A DNA stretch of 52,146 nt from the NCBI GenBank assembly GCA_964609495.1, contig CAZSTA010000002.1, positions 1 to 52,146 on the forward strand, in the 5' to 3' direction. Below are positions 1-9,870 of this stretch, in pieces. Position numbers and translations under genes: made by a program. The notes below the pieces were generated by a model, which saw nothing but the letters and a program-made list of their open reading frames with translations, ran no database searches and was not told where the DNA came from. Each line of letters opens with the position of its first letter. The stretch's first letter is position 1. Source of the stretch: an uncultured bacterium (GTDB lineage: Bacteria > CAZSTA01).

Positions 1-111
1 ACGTAGTAGCTAGTGAGAGGAAGTTAGAGGAAGTAAGGGAGGTTTATAAAGGGGGGTAGCTTATTCCCCAGAGGAAATATCTCGAGTTAGTTTTAAAGGA
101 GGAGGAGAGGG

Positions 112-1110
112 ATGTTGCCTAATAGGGATGATAGACATTTCTCGACAATAAATTACTTGAGGAACTATGCTCAACAATTCATCAACGCTAGAAAGGAATT
201 GCCAAGGGATAAGGATGAGCTTATTGAAAGGAACGCTGAGTTTAAAAGGATACTGTTGGAATGTTTAGGAGGTATGCCTGAGGAGAAGTGCGATTTAAAT
301 CCTTTGATAGCGCAAGAATCGGATATCGAGGATTGCTTGCTAGAGGAGGTGTATTTCGATAGTGAGTTGGGAGTTACTGTTCCTGCTCTAGTTTCCAAGC
401 CTAAAGATAGGAAAGGAAGGAAGCCCGCGATAATAGTTGTTCCTGGCTGGCCTCAAACCAAGGAGTGCTTTCCTAAGTTTAGGACGATGATGGCTAAGGA
501 AGGATACATTGTCATCTGCATTGACACTCGTAGTCACGGAGAGAGGAGGATCGTGGCTGATACTTTTAATGATACTTATAATGCTGTTGGCTTTGGTATC
601 CTGTTAGGCAAGCCATTCTTAGGGATGGCCGCGTGGGATATCATACGCACAGTGGATTATCTCGAGACTAGAGATGATGTCAATGAGGAGAGAATCGGGA
701 TCATCGGCTTATGTTACGGAGGGATGCAAACTTGGTTATCAGGAGCGCTGGATGAGAGGTTAAAGGTGGTCGTTCCTGTCTGTGGGACCTCCACTTACGA
801 GGCTATGATCAATGAGATCTCGTCATATCACACTCATTGTCTTCTCACCTATATCCCCAATCTCATAAGGTATGGAGATATTCAAGATATCATCGCTTTG
901 ATCGCTCCTAGACCGTTGTTGATTGTGAATAACTCAAATGATTGGTGGTTTCCAGTATCTGGGTTGAAGAAGGTGGGGAGGGAGATAGAGGGGGTTTATG
1001 AAACCTTAGGGGCTAAGGATAAATTTGATCATATCCTCCGTTCCACCGTTCATGATATCACCCCTGAGTTCGGAGAGAAGGCGAAGAAATGGTTCGATAA
1101 GTGGCTGTAA
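112..1110 (+). CDS. Alpha/beta hydrolase (dienelactone hydrolase / acetyl-xylan-esterase-like)
   Basis: Nucleophile elbow IGIIGLCYGG, IAPRPLL motif, downstream Asp (SNDWWFP) and His (TVHD); SD AAGGAGGAGG. Confidence 0.8.
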   Translation: MLPNRDDRHFSTINYLRNYAQQFINARKELPRDKDELIERNAEFKRILLECLGGMPEEKCDLNPLIAQESDIEDCLLEEVYFDSELGVTVPALVSKPKDRKGRKPAIIVVPGWPQTKECFPKFRTMMAKEGYIVICIDTRSHGERRIVADTFNDTYNAVGFGILLGKPFLGMAAWDIIRTVDYLETRDDVNEERIGIIGLCYGGMQTWLSGALDERLKVVVPVCGTSTYEAMINEISSYHTHCLLTYIPNLIRYGDIQDIIALIAPRPLLIVNNSNDWWFPVSGLKKVGREIEGVYETLGAKDKFDHILRSTVHDITPEFGEKAKKWFDKWL

Positions 1111-1137
1111 TCGAGGGAAATAACTCCTAATTGATGA

Positions 1138-2271
1138 ATGAAGAGGGAGGAGCTCATGTTCGACTTTGATATCGGCAAATATGCTGATCGGATAGAGGAA
1201 TCGAGGCGGAGATTAGAGGTAACGAGACGCTTTCAAGAGCCAGATCGAGTGCCGATAAATATCACTGTAGGAGGACCCTTCTTCGCTCATCTCCTTGGAT
1301 ATAATATTCGGGATTACTACCTAGATATGAATTTGATGATCGAGATTCAGGTCGGAGGAGTAAGATGGCGTTTTGAGGAGTTAGGCGATGATATAACTGG
1401 CTTCAATATATATCTCGATCTGGGAACTGCTGGAGAAGCCGCGATATTTGACTGTGATCTTATGTATCCTGATGATAACACGCCAGCGATAGTGCGAAAA
1501 TATGAGACGATCGAGGATTTAGAGAGGATAGAGATACTCGATCCTGAGACCCATCCTCGCATTCAGGAGATTTATCGAAAGTATGAGGAGCTGAGAGAGA
1601 GGGTCGAGAGGACGGGGTTGAACTATCCGGTTACGGGGGGAGTGGGAATGCATCCCCCACTCTCGGCATTATGCGGAATTATGGATGTTGATAAGGTCTA
1701 TACCTATATGTGTGTAGAGCCGGAGAGAATGAAGAAGATCTTTGCGAAGTTCGTGGAAATATTCTGTCGCGTAGTCGATTATAATGATAAATATTTCGGG
1801 ATGAAAAGGGCTTCGCTGGGGCTTTGTGATGATAACTCAGGCTTCATCTCTCCTAAGATGTATCGAGAGAGGGTGCTCCCCTTTAATAAGATGTTATACG
1901 AAAGGTATGGCAAGAATAGACGCTCACTTCATATGGATGGCCCCGCGGATCATCTCTTCTCGATGATATCGAACGATCTCGGAGTGGATGAGATGGATAT
2001 CGGCGGATTCAGCCATATCGAGGCGGCGGTGGAGGCGATGAAGGGAAAAACTGTTATCCAAGGGAACGTTAATTGTAAAGACCTATATGGAGATTTCGAG
2101 CCCGCTAGAGCATCCGCAGAGCATTGTTTGCGGGTGGCGGCTCCTGGAGGTGGATATATATTTGGAGTAGGTGGGGAGACTTATGCGGGCGTAAATGTGG
2201 ATACTCTGGTTGATATGGTGGATTATGTGAAGAAAGCGGGGAGATACCCAATAAAGCCGGAGAACTTTTGA
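1138..2271 (+). CDS. Uroporphyrinogen decarboxylase / MtaA-CmuA-like TIM-barrel family protein
   Basis: EPDRVP N-terminal motif, ISPKMYRERVLP, IQGNV, PGGGYIF...N...MV C-terminal motif. Confidence 0.8.
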   Translation: MKREELMFDFDIGKYADRIEESRRRLEVTRRFQEPDRVPINITVGGPFFAHLLGYNIRDYYLDMNLMIEIQVGGVRWRFEELGDDITGFNIYLDLGTAGEAAIFDCDLMYPDDNTPAIVRKYETIEDLERIEILDPETHPRIQEIYRKYEELRERVERTGLNYPVTGGVGMHPPLSALCGIMDVDKVYTYMCVEPERMKKIFAKFVEIFCRVVDYNDKYFGMKRASLGLCDDNSGFISPKMYRERVLPFNKMLYERYGKNRRSLHMDGPADHLFSMISNDLGVDEMDIGGFSHIEAAVEAMKGKTVIQGNVNCKDLYGDFEPARASAEHCLRVAAPGGGYIFGVGGETYAGVNVDTLVDMVDYVKKAGRYPIKPENF

Positions 2272-2301
2272 GGGATGATAAGATAAAAGGAGCTAAAGTT
2301 T

Positions 2302-2415
2302 ATGCTGATCATAGATGCCCATGTTCATCAGTTTGAGAGAGGAAGTTTTCTATATCTTATATGGCTGTTGGAATATAACTCTAATGGCTATTTATCCGCT
2401 TCTAAAACTTGCTGA
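2302..2415 (+). pseudogene. N-terminal remnant of an amidohydrolase-family gene
   Basis: SD AAAGGAG then MLIIDAHVHQ (metal-binding HxH start); stops after 37 codons, running into the convergent MFS gene. Confidence 0.6.
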
Positions 2416-3722
2416 TTACTTCTGGCAGGTTTAAGCAATCTCCAGAAGAGAATTACTCCTATTAATCGCACTCCTGAGGCTATGAAGAAGACCAAGTTTA
2501 TCTGTAAGATTCCAATGAGAAAAGTTCCTACCAGTGGAGCAAGAAAAGCCGCGGTATTCATCAACATCGAATATACCGCTACAAAGCTAGCTCTTCTCTC
2601 CTCCGGGCAGAAATCCATCAGAGCATTGAAGAAAGCAAGATTGAAACCAGCGGAGAACACTCCAGCGATTATGGAGTTGGGGATATAAGGCCAGAGATTA
2701 TAGGTAAAACCAATAATGAAGGGATAGAGAACCAATCCTCCGGTAGAGAGCAGAAGTATATAGTAATTACCCCGCTTATTTATGAGACGAGTCCAGCGAC
2801 GATAGGTGAGAATTGCGGCCGCAGATGTAATTATAGAGAGCATTCCAATCCAACTGTTGGTAGCTCCCAGATATTTAACTAGGTAGATAGGGAACAGGGG
2901 TGCTGGTATGAATAATCCCCAGTGCAATACAAGCGAGCTTAGGCAGAAGTAGAAGAAGCTGCGATTCTCACTTATCATCCGCCCGAAGCCTTTTAATTGC
3001 TTAGTGATAGGTCTCCTTATCTTGGGTGGAGGAAGGGGTATATCCTTTACCTCTATTCTGCGTATATACTTTAAGCTGATCATCGAGGTAAAGAAGGCCA
3101 CAAGGTAAATTAGTTGATAATTGAGGGGGAAGGGGAGTATATCAAGAAGTTTACCAGCTAGGGGAGTAGCGCCTACCTGAGTTGTCCCCATTATAATACT
3201 GCGATTTCCCACCACCCTCGATCGACTCTCAGGGGGTAAGACATTGCCCATCATCGTAGTGAAAGCTATGTTGGCTAGAGCGGCGGGGAAGTTCATTAGC
3301 ACAATACAGATTATGAAGAATTCTGCTCGATGAGATCTAATAAGGAATGGCATCAGGACGATGGGGAGGTAGAAGAAGCGAACTAGAGCTAGACTTTTCA
3401 CGCTCAAGGGGATCAATCTTCTATATTTATTGATAATGCGGGCCGCAGGAAGCGTAGAAATTATCAGGACGAGGGCAGGAAGGGAGGTGAGAAGACCGAT
3501 CTGGGTATCCGTGGCTCCTAACTTGATAGCGAAAACTGCCACAAAGGGACCAGTTATCGCCATAGCGAGCCCACTCCAAAAGATGTCTAGATATAGATTC
3601 CATATATTTCGTTCAAGTGCCGCTTCCTCTCTCTTCTTCCGAGAGGCTTCAAGCCCCGAGGCTAGTTTTAACTTGATCGTCCTAAAAGATAAAAGAACTC
3701 TACTTAGCCTTCCTTTCATCAT
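2388..3722 (-). CDS. MFS transporter
   Basis: About 12 hydrophobic segments; LGATDTQIGLL and LGATNSWIGML half-repeats. Confidence 0.85.
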   Translation of the reverse strand: MMKGRLSRVLLSFRTIKLKLASGLEASRKKREEAALERNIWNLYLDIFWSGLAMAITGPFVAVFAIKLGATDTQIGLLTSLPALVLIISTLPAARIINKYRRLIPLSVKSLALVRFFYLPIVLMPFLIRSHRAEFFIICIVLMNFPAALANIAFTTMMGNVLPPESRSRVVGNRSIIMGTTQVGATPLAGKLLDILPFPLNYQLIYLVAFFTSMISLKYIRRIEVKDIPLPPPKIRRPITKQLKGFGRMISENRSFFYFCLSSLVLHWGLFIPAPLFPIYLVKYLGATNSWIGMLSIITSAAAILTYRRWTRLINKRGNYYILLLSTGGLVLYPFIIGFTYNLWPYIPNSIIAGVFSAGFNLAFFNALMDFCPEERRASFVAVYSMLMNTAAFLAPLVGTFLIGILQINLVFFIASGVRLIGVILFWRLLKPARSNQQVLEADK

Positions 3723-3751
3723 TGTTCCTTTCGGAGTATATACAAAACTAA

Positions 3752-3791
3752 AGGGAATTGAGGCAATTTATATTTTATACCTCAATTCCCT
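3752..3791 (-). terminator. Intrinsic terminator-like hairpin in the MFS leader
   Basis: Perfect 12-bp stem AGGGAATTGAGG/CCTCAATTCCCT followed by TTAGTTTT on the minus strand. Confidence 0.6.
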
Positions 3792-3938
3792 CTTCGTCCT
3801 TTATATATTTTAGATACGAAGCTTATCCGAAACTATTTTCAGCTATATCCTCTAATTTAAGTGTGATTCGGATATTTGTAATATTCATATTCATCTTATC
3901 CTATTTATTAGCTAATCTCCCTCTTCAATCCGTTAACT

Positions 3939-3967
3939 ATTATATCATAAAAACTTAGGCTGGTCAA
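3939..3967 (-). promoter_or_regulatory. Sigma70 promoter toward the MFS gene
   Basis: TTGACC-17-TATAAT with extended TG. Confidence 0.65.
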
Positions 3968-4006
3968 TAATTTTAAGATATTTTTCTGAGGCTCGACTCA
4001 TCGATC

Positions 4007-4035
4007 TTGACAAAAGCTATATAAACTGTTAAAAT
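4007..4035 (+). promoter_or_regulatory. Sigma70 promoter of the large outer-membrane protein gene
   Basis: TTGACA-17-TAAAAT with extended TG. Confidence 0.7.
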
Positions 4036-4071
4036 AACCTCAGTTTTTATGCTTGTCGAAGGAGGCTTTAG

Positions 4072-7000
4072 ATGAAGCCAGCCAAGTTATTTTATATATC
4101 TATCCTATTAGGAGTTCTTTTATTCCCTGTCTCTGTCTTATCTCAGCTCGAAGTAGAAGGAGAGAAAACATTCTCCCTAAAATCGGTGAACCTGGGGAGG
4201 GGAAGTTCTGCGGGAGCTTTTTATAGAGATAATCCTCAATTCCTCGCGGTAGGCACCTTTGCCTTCGATCAGACTTTTCGTTTGAAGCTCGATGGTAAAT
4301 TCGAGGATGTGAGGGTCTCGGCCTCTCTTACTGATACTACTAGCAATCAGCTCCTACCCTTCGGGGGCGAGGATATCTGGATAAAGGTGGAGGGAAGGAA
4401 CTTCGGCGCCACCTTCGGTGATTATGTGAGTTCGTTCGGTCTAACTGATTTCACACGCTATAACCGAAAGTTAACGGGAGCTACGGGATATGTGCTTCTC
4501 GACAAATTTCGTCTGAGTGCTTTAGGTGCTAGGGTAGGAGGTGTCCCCCAAAGAGATGAGTTTAAAGCCGAGGAGACCAGGCTGGTCTATACGCTAACTC
4601 GTCGTCCGGTAGTGGAGGGCAGTGAGGTCGTCAAAGTCGATGACGAGAAGCTCACTAGGGAGGTCGATTATACGATAGATTATATAACGGGGACGATAAC
4701 CTTCATCGAGTTTCTGGAGGCAGATACTGAGATAGTGGTGGAATACGAATATCTCGAAGGAGGATTGCTGAGCAGACGCCTGATCTATGGAGTGGAGGGG
4801 GAGTATAAGGCTGAGGATTTCACCGCGGGATTAAATTATCTCACGCAGAATGATGAGCCGAGTAGTGACTCGCTTCCTAAAGTGGAGAATTCTCCTGTCC
4901 AGCAGAGCATCTTCGGAGCAAATTTCGAATACAACTGGACTCCGGCTTCTCAAAAGCGTGAAATTGAGATCGGAGATGTCTCCGCGGGAATAGTAACAAT
5001 TTCGGATAGAGCGGAAGGATGGTCCACTATCCCCGGCGAAGATGGCAGTTCCCTCACCCTGGAGACTTCCTTATTGGTATATAAAGAGGCAGGAAGATCG
5101 CTATCTTTTGATTATAACCTGTATGAGAAGGATTCCAAGGTCTGGGCGGTATATGAATTCGATTTTCCGCAGGATTATAGCTCTTATAATCAGTTGATAT
5201 TTTGGGTTTATGGCGATTCAAATTTGGAGCGGCTCAGCATCGAGCTAGCTACTGATGATAGCGATTATTTCCACTCTCCTATCGCAGTCATAAATTGGGA
5301 TGGCTGGAGACAGATAACCTTCCCTATTCAAAGCTTCGAGGTGGCGGAAGGAGATCCAAATTTAGGTGATATATCTTCGGTGAAGATCTCACTTACTAGT
5401 CCAGAGGGGGCTTTAGTGGGAGTGAGTGGGCTGATATATCTGGATAGTTATGTTAGGTCTTCCCCCTATTTACCCAGAGAGGAGCAGATCTCAGCCAATA
5501 TTTCTGTGGAATATGGGCAAAGTCAGTATAACCCTAATACCCAGAACGAAGCGGTTATCGATGATATGGAAGGGGATGCTAAGGCTTTTACCCTCTCTGA
5601 TGATCCTGAGGATTGGGAGGTCGGTGAGGCCTCCGATCTGACAAGTTCTATTGATATCGATACCGATGATAATAACTTTAAGGAGGGAAATTCCTCGCTC
5701 GTAATGGATTATGAGTTGGCGGAAGAGGACTCATGGGTATATATAATATATTCTCTGGATGATCATGATATCTCCAAATACGATAAGTTAAACTTCTGGC
5801 TTGATGGAGATAATAAGGGCGAGCTACTCTGGATCAGTTTGGTGACCGAGGAAGATAAGGAATATTCAAGTGAGGCTCTAAGGATAGACTGGACAACTTG
5901 GAGGACAGTTAGGTTTGAGTTGCAGGAGGATTTCAAGCTAGAGGACGAGACTGAGTTGGAGAAGATAAAGGAGATAAGGCTCTATCTGGCTAACGATGGC
6001 ACTGTCTCCAAGAGTATAAGGTCCACTCTCTATTTAGATACCTTGAGTTCCGCAGTTGAGAAGCGATGGATAATAGGAGGAACAGGTATCTTAGATATAA
6101 AGGCTATTAATAAGGAGCTCGATCCATCATTTATTCCCTACTCTGAGGAAAGTCCTCAAGCGTTAGATTTGATTTATACCTTCGAGAAGGAGGATGATTA
6201 TGTATCTATAACTTATGATTTCAACTATTCTCAGGATTTCACGAGGTATAAGCGATTCAAATTCGCGGCTTTCCTGCCGGGCGATGTGCTTGCTGGAGAA
6301 GTGTTCGTCGATCTCATCACCAGTTCCAATAGCTACTTTCGGCATAAAGAGAAGTTGGTTTTAGATAGGGATAATATACCTAAGGATAAGTGGAAAGAGG
6401 TATCTTTGGATATCAGGGCGGACGCGGTGCAGGATAATTTTGAGACCTATGGATCTCCTACTCTGGAGCAGATAAAGGAGGTCAGATTCTCAATTGAGCG
6501 AGGAGAGGCGGAAATTGAAGTAGAATACTCGCTCTATTTGGATGCCGTTCATCTGGGAGGCTCTGTTAGGTCAAGCGGAAGAGCGTACAAGATAACCCTT
6601 GATTCTCGCTATCGCGATATCACTTTAAAAGCTAGATACGAGAGGAGTGAGGCGGAGTTCAGGCAGATAGGTAAAGCCACCGCCCAAGCGGTGGACGAGG
6701 AGAAGTTCTATATGAATACCGGGTATTGCTATGAGGATAAGATCACGGGAAATATGCGCTATGAAAGTTCGACTTCTACAAGTCGTCTGGGAGTTGAAAG
6801 GGAGGTGGCTACAACTAATAATATCTTCTCTACCGACTGGACCTTCCGTTTCGATGATCTCCCAGAATTAAAACTCGGATATCAGCAGAAGGATAAGTTC
6901 AACAGTAGGAAGGATGAGGGAAAGATCAATGAGACCGTTTATTTGGCGACATTTGGCCTTAGATATATGGTAGATATCTATACCTTTGAGTTCGATTATC

Positions 7001-8115
7001 GCCTTCAGGATACTTTAGATCGGACGGAGAAGCAACCAAGAACTAGGGTTGATGCCTCGACCTATCGTATTTCAGTTGCTCCTTCCGATAAGATATCTTC
7101 TGCAGTAAGCTATACGAAAAGTGTTAGTCGCTCTGAGGGAGAGAATGCACCTAAGACTGATACCGATACGATCGCCTTAGAAGTTCGGGCGGTTCCCTCT
7201 CGGACCCTCTCTCTAACTGGACAATATTCCTCGCGCGTCGTCTCCAATCTAACCGATAATACAACTCAACGGGCTGATATCGCTGATATCTCCACTCTCT
7301 TCAAGCCCTTTTCTTATCTTTCTGGAAGAGTCAGGTATCGCTTGGAGCAGGAGGAGAGGAGGGTTTCTGGGAAGAAGATCCCAGTTGATACCTCTTACAC
7401 CTCCTTCGATCTACGAGTTACCCCTTGGTCCTTCATCTCCCTCTCTACTATTTATAGCTTCCGTTACACGACCGCAGATGATCCTGATACTGAAGAGAAG
7501 ATAGAGGTCCTGAAGGATAACAAGCGTGATTGGAGTCTGAGCTTTGTTCCTATCTCCTCTCTTACTATCTCTGGGAGATGTCAAGCTTCTAGCCGACGTG
7601 ATCAATATGATAAAACTACTGATATTGAGACAACTACGGTGAGGATCGATAATAGATTTTCCGATAGATTAGCTCTCAAGATAAGTTATGAGAATAGGAG
7701 TAAGGAACGTGGCCAAAAGACAGAGGAAGCAGGCATTATCAAGACTATGTCTCGAACTTCCCAGGTTGAGCTGGGATTGGATATTATTTTCTCTCCTAAA
7801 CTTTCAGGGGAATTGAGTTATACTTGGAAAGGAGAGAAGGAGCCAGAACGCGATAGGGAGGATTCCTCAATTATAGGTGCAGAAATCGAGTATGATATAA
7901 ATGAGAGAATGAAAGTCTCCTCAGAGTTAGAATATACTTCTGTTACGGGAGAGAGCGCCGCAGATAAGGTGAAATTAGCACTTGATCTCGATTACCAACT
8001 AGCAGAGAACGTCGAGCTATCGGCTGGATATAACTATTTCACTTCAAGCTCAGCCTCTGAGAGTGATACTTATCAAGCCAATATATTCTTGTTAGATGTG
8101 AAACTATTATTCTAG
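4072..8115 (+). CDS. Large outer-membrane beta-barrel protein, SprA/Sov-like, with three CBM11/CIA30-like domains
   Basis: Signal peptide; GSEVVKVDDEKLTREVDYTIDYITGTITF and NPNTQNEAVIDDMEG motifs; amphipathic beta-strands; C-terminal beta-signal LDVKLLF. Confidence 0.7.
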   Translation: MKPAKLFYISILLGVLLFPVSVLSQLEVEGEKTFSLKSVNLGRGSSAGAFYRDNPQFLAVGTFAFDQTFRLKLDGKFEDVRVSASLTDTTSNQLLPFGGEDIWIKVEGRNFGATFGDYVSSFGLTDFTRYNRKLTGATGYVLLDKFRLSALGARVGGVPQRDEFKAEETRLVYTLTRRPVVEGSEVVKVDDEKLTREVDYTIDYITGTITFIEFLEADTEIVVEYEYLEGGLLSRRLIYGVEGEYKAEDFTAGLNYLTQNDEPSSDSLPKVENSPVQQSIFGANFEYNWTPASQKREIEIGDVSAGIVTISDRAEGWSTIPGEDGSSLTLETSLLVYKEAGRSLSFDYNLYEKDSKVWAVYEFDFPQDYSSYNQLIFWVYGDSNLERLSIELATDDSDYFHSPIAVINWDGWRQITFPIQSFEVAEGDPNLGDISSVKISLTSPEGALVGVSGLIYLDSYVRSSPYLPREEQISANISVEYGQSQYNPNTQNEAVIDDMEGDAKAFTLSDDPEDWEVGEASDLTSSIDIDTDDNNFKEGNSSLVMDYELAEEDSWVYIIYSLDDHDISKYDKLNFWLDGDNKGELLWISLVTEEDKEYSSEALRIDWTTWRTVRFELQEDFKLEDETELEKIKEIRLYLANDGTVSKSIRSTLYLDTLSSAVEKRWIIGGTGILDIKAINKELDPSFIPYSEESPQALDLIYTFEKEDDYVSITYDFNYSQDFTRYKRFKFAAFLPGDVLAGEVFVDLITSSNSYFRHKEKLVLDRDNIPKDKWKEVSLDIRADAVQDNFETYGSPTLEQIKEVRFSIERGEAEIEVEYSLYLDAVHLGGSVRSSGRAYKITLDSRYRDITLKARYERSEAEFRQIGKATAQAVDEEKFYMNTGYCYEDKITGNMRYESSTSTSRLGVEREVATTNNIFSTDWTFRFDDLPELKLGYQQKDKFNSRKDEGKINETVYLATFGLRYMVDIYTFEFDYRLQDTLDRTEKQPRTRVDASTYRISVAPSDKISSAVSYTKSVSRSEGENAPKTDTDTIALEVRAVPSRTLSLTGQYSSRVVSNLTDNTTQRADIADISTLFKPFSYLSGRVRYRLEQEERRVSGKKIPVDTSYTSFDLRVTPWSFISLSTIYSFRYTTADDPDTEEKIEVLKDNKRDWSLSFVPISSLTISGRCQASSRRDQYDKTTDIETTTVRIDNRFSDRLALKISYENRSKERGQKTEEAGIIKTMSRTSQVELGLDIIFSPKLSGELSYTWKGEKEPERDREDSSIIGAEIEYDINERMKVSSELEYTSVTGESAADKVKLALDLDYQLAENVELSAGYNYFTSSSASESDTYQANIFLLDVKLLF

Positions 8116-8116
8116 G

Positions 8117-8208
8117 TATAGATATCACATTCTAAAACCGCATTTCACTATAGTATGTACAATATTTATCATCAGGTTTTAATGCGAAGTTGTAATGTGA
8201 CCTCTATA
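8117..8208. repeat. Imperfect ~28-bp inverted repeat pair, possible MITE remnant
   Basis: Left arm TATAGATATCACATTCTAAAACCGCATT vs reverse complement of right arm TATAGAGGTCACATTACAACTTCGCATT. Confidence 0.45.
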
Positions 8209-8248
8209 GTTTCAAAATTTAATGCTTAGTCTAAGGAGGTGAAAAGGA

Positions 8249-8288
8249 GCAATTCCTCCCCTTCGCTAAAGCGGAGGGATCTCCTTGC
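8249..8288 (+). mobile_element. Solo IS200/IS605-superfamily end-like hairpin
   Basis: GCAATTCCTCCCCTTCGCTAAAGCGGAGGGATCTCCTTGC resembles the subterminal palindrome of IscB/TnpB-type elements. Confidence 0.5.
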
Positions 8289-8296
8289 CCAATCCT

Positions 8297-9715
8297 ATGA
8301 GAGAAAATAAGACGTTGAAAGAAAAGTTTGCCAAGGATCCTCATCGTCCGCAATATCATTTTCTCCCACCGGCTAACTGGATGAACGATCCTAACGGGTC
8401 GATCCAATGGAAGGGGGAGTATCATCTCTTCTATCAGCATAATCCATACGGCCCCTTCTGGTCAACGATGTATTGGGGACACGCTGTTAGTAAAGACCTT
8501 GTGCATTGGACCCACCTGCCGATTGCCCTGGCGCCGACCCCAGATGGACCCGATAAGGACGGTTGTTTTTCCGGCTGTGCGGTTGATAACAATGGTATCC
8601 CCACTTTGATCTATACTGGTGTTAAACCGGAGCGACAATGCATTGCTACCAGTAAGGACGACTTGCTTACCTGGGAAAAGCATCCTGATAATCCGGTGAT
8701 CGCCTCTCCGCCTGAGGGCTTAGAGGTTACCGGCTTTCGCGATCCCTGCGCCTGGAAGGAAGGCGATACTTGGTACCTTATCCTCGGGTCTGGTATAAAG
8801 GATGTTGGTGGCACGGCTTTTCTCTATAGGTCGAAGGATCTGATCCACTGGAATTATATCCATCCTCTCTTCGTTGGTGACAAAAATGAGACCGGCGAGA
8901 TGTGGGAGTGTCCGAACTTCTTTCCTCTGAATGGCAAGTATGTATTTCTCTACTCCCCGACTCCTGAGTTCCTCTACACCCGATATTTCATCGGAACTTA
9001 TGTCAACTATAAGTTCGTGCCAGAGAGCAAGGGAAATACGGATTTTGGCGGATACTTTTATGCCGCCCAGACATTCCTCGATGATAAGGGGCGACGCATT
9101 ATGTGGGGTTGGCTCAAGGAAGGACGTAGTGATAAGGCAAGTCGGGAGGCTGGCTGGGTAGGGGTGATGTCTCTACCTCGCCTCCTATCTATACTTCCCA
9201 ACGGTCAACTAGGTATGGAGCCAGCCCCAGAATTGAGGATGCTTCGCGATAAACCTTATCAATTAGTGGATATTAACCTTACTCCCGAATCTTTCAAAGT
9301 CCTGAAGGAGATTGAGGGCGATTGCTTGGAAATCGTGGCGGAATTAGAGCCGAATGATGCCAGTGAATTTGGGATTAAACTGCGCTCTTCGCCAGATGGC
9401 GAGGAGGAGACACTTGTAGTATGCGATCTCGCGCAGAAACGTCTAGTCATTAATGGGGAACGATCGAGTTTGAGTTCTGAGGTCAATCGTGATGTTCGAG
9501 GCGGACACTTTGAGCTTAGGGACGGTGAATCCTTGAAACTGCACATTTTCCTCGATCGCTCTGTAGTAGAGGTCTTCGCGAATGGAAGAGCTTGCGTCAC
9601 CGGCCGGATTTATCCTTCGCGTGACGACAGCCTCGGGGTGGATCTATTCACCCTTGACGGTTGTGTGAGGTTTAAGTCGCTTAAGGTGTGGGAGGTGAAG
9701 TCGATCTGGAGATAA
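8297..9715 (+). CDS. Glycoside hydrolase family 32 (beta-fructofuranosidase / sucrose-6-phosphate hydrolase)
   Basis: WMNDPNG, CFSG, FRDP, WECP motifs and C-terminal DRSVVEVFAN; ATG 8297 preferred over TTG 8285. Confidence 0.95.
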   Translation: MRENKTLKEKFAKDPHRPQYHFLPPANWMNDPNGSIQWKGEYHLFYQHNPYGPFWSTMYWGHAVSKDLVHWTHLPIALAPTPDGPDKDGCFSGCAVDNNGIPTLIYTGVKPERQCIATSKDDLLTWEKHPDNPVIASPPEGLEVTGFRDPCAWKEGDTWYLILGSGIKDVGGTAFLYRSKDLIHWNYIHPLFVGDKNETGEMWECPNFFPLNGKYVFLYSPTPEFLYTRYFIGTYVNYKFVPESKGNTDFGGYFYAAQTFLDDKGRRIMWGWLKEGRSDKASREAGWVGVMSLPRLLSILPNGQLGMEPAPELRMLRDKPYQLVDINLTPESFKVLKEIEGDCLEIVAELEPNDASEFGIKLRSSPDGEEETLVVCDLAQKRLVINGERSSLSSEVNRDVRGGHFELRDGESLKLHIFLDRSVVEVFANGRACVTGRIYPSRDDSLGVDLFTLDGCVRFKSLKVWEVKSIWR

Positions 9716-9776
9716 TGGACGAAGAGTATACCGGAAGATTAGCCAATAAGATGTGTATGCAGGGCGGGTTCGCAAT

Positions 9777-9806
9777 TTGATATTGAATATCTCAAATGAA
9801 TATCAA
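9777..9806. promoter_or_regulatory. Candidate operator upstream of the CoA-disulfide reductase
   Basis: TTGATATTGA-N10-TGAATATCAA inverted repeat, 9/10 match. Confidence 0.4.
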
Positions 9807-9870
9807 GAAACTCTTCTGAGACTACTCAGGTAAAATTAGGAGAGATAGTCGCAAAAATTGAGGAGGTTAG

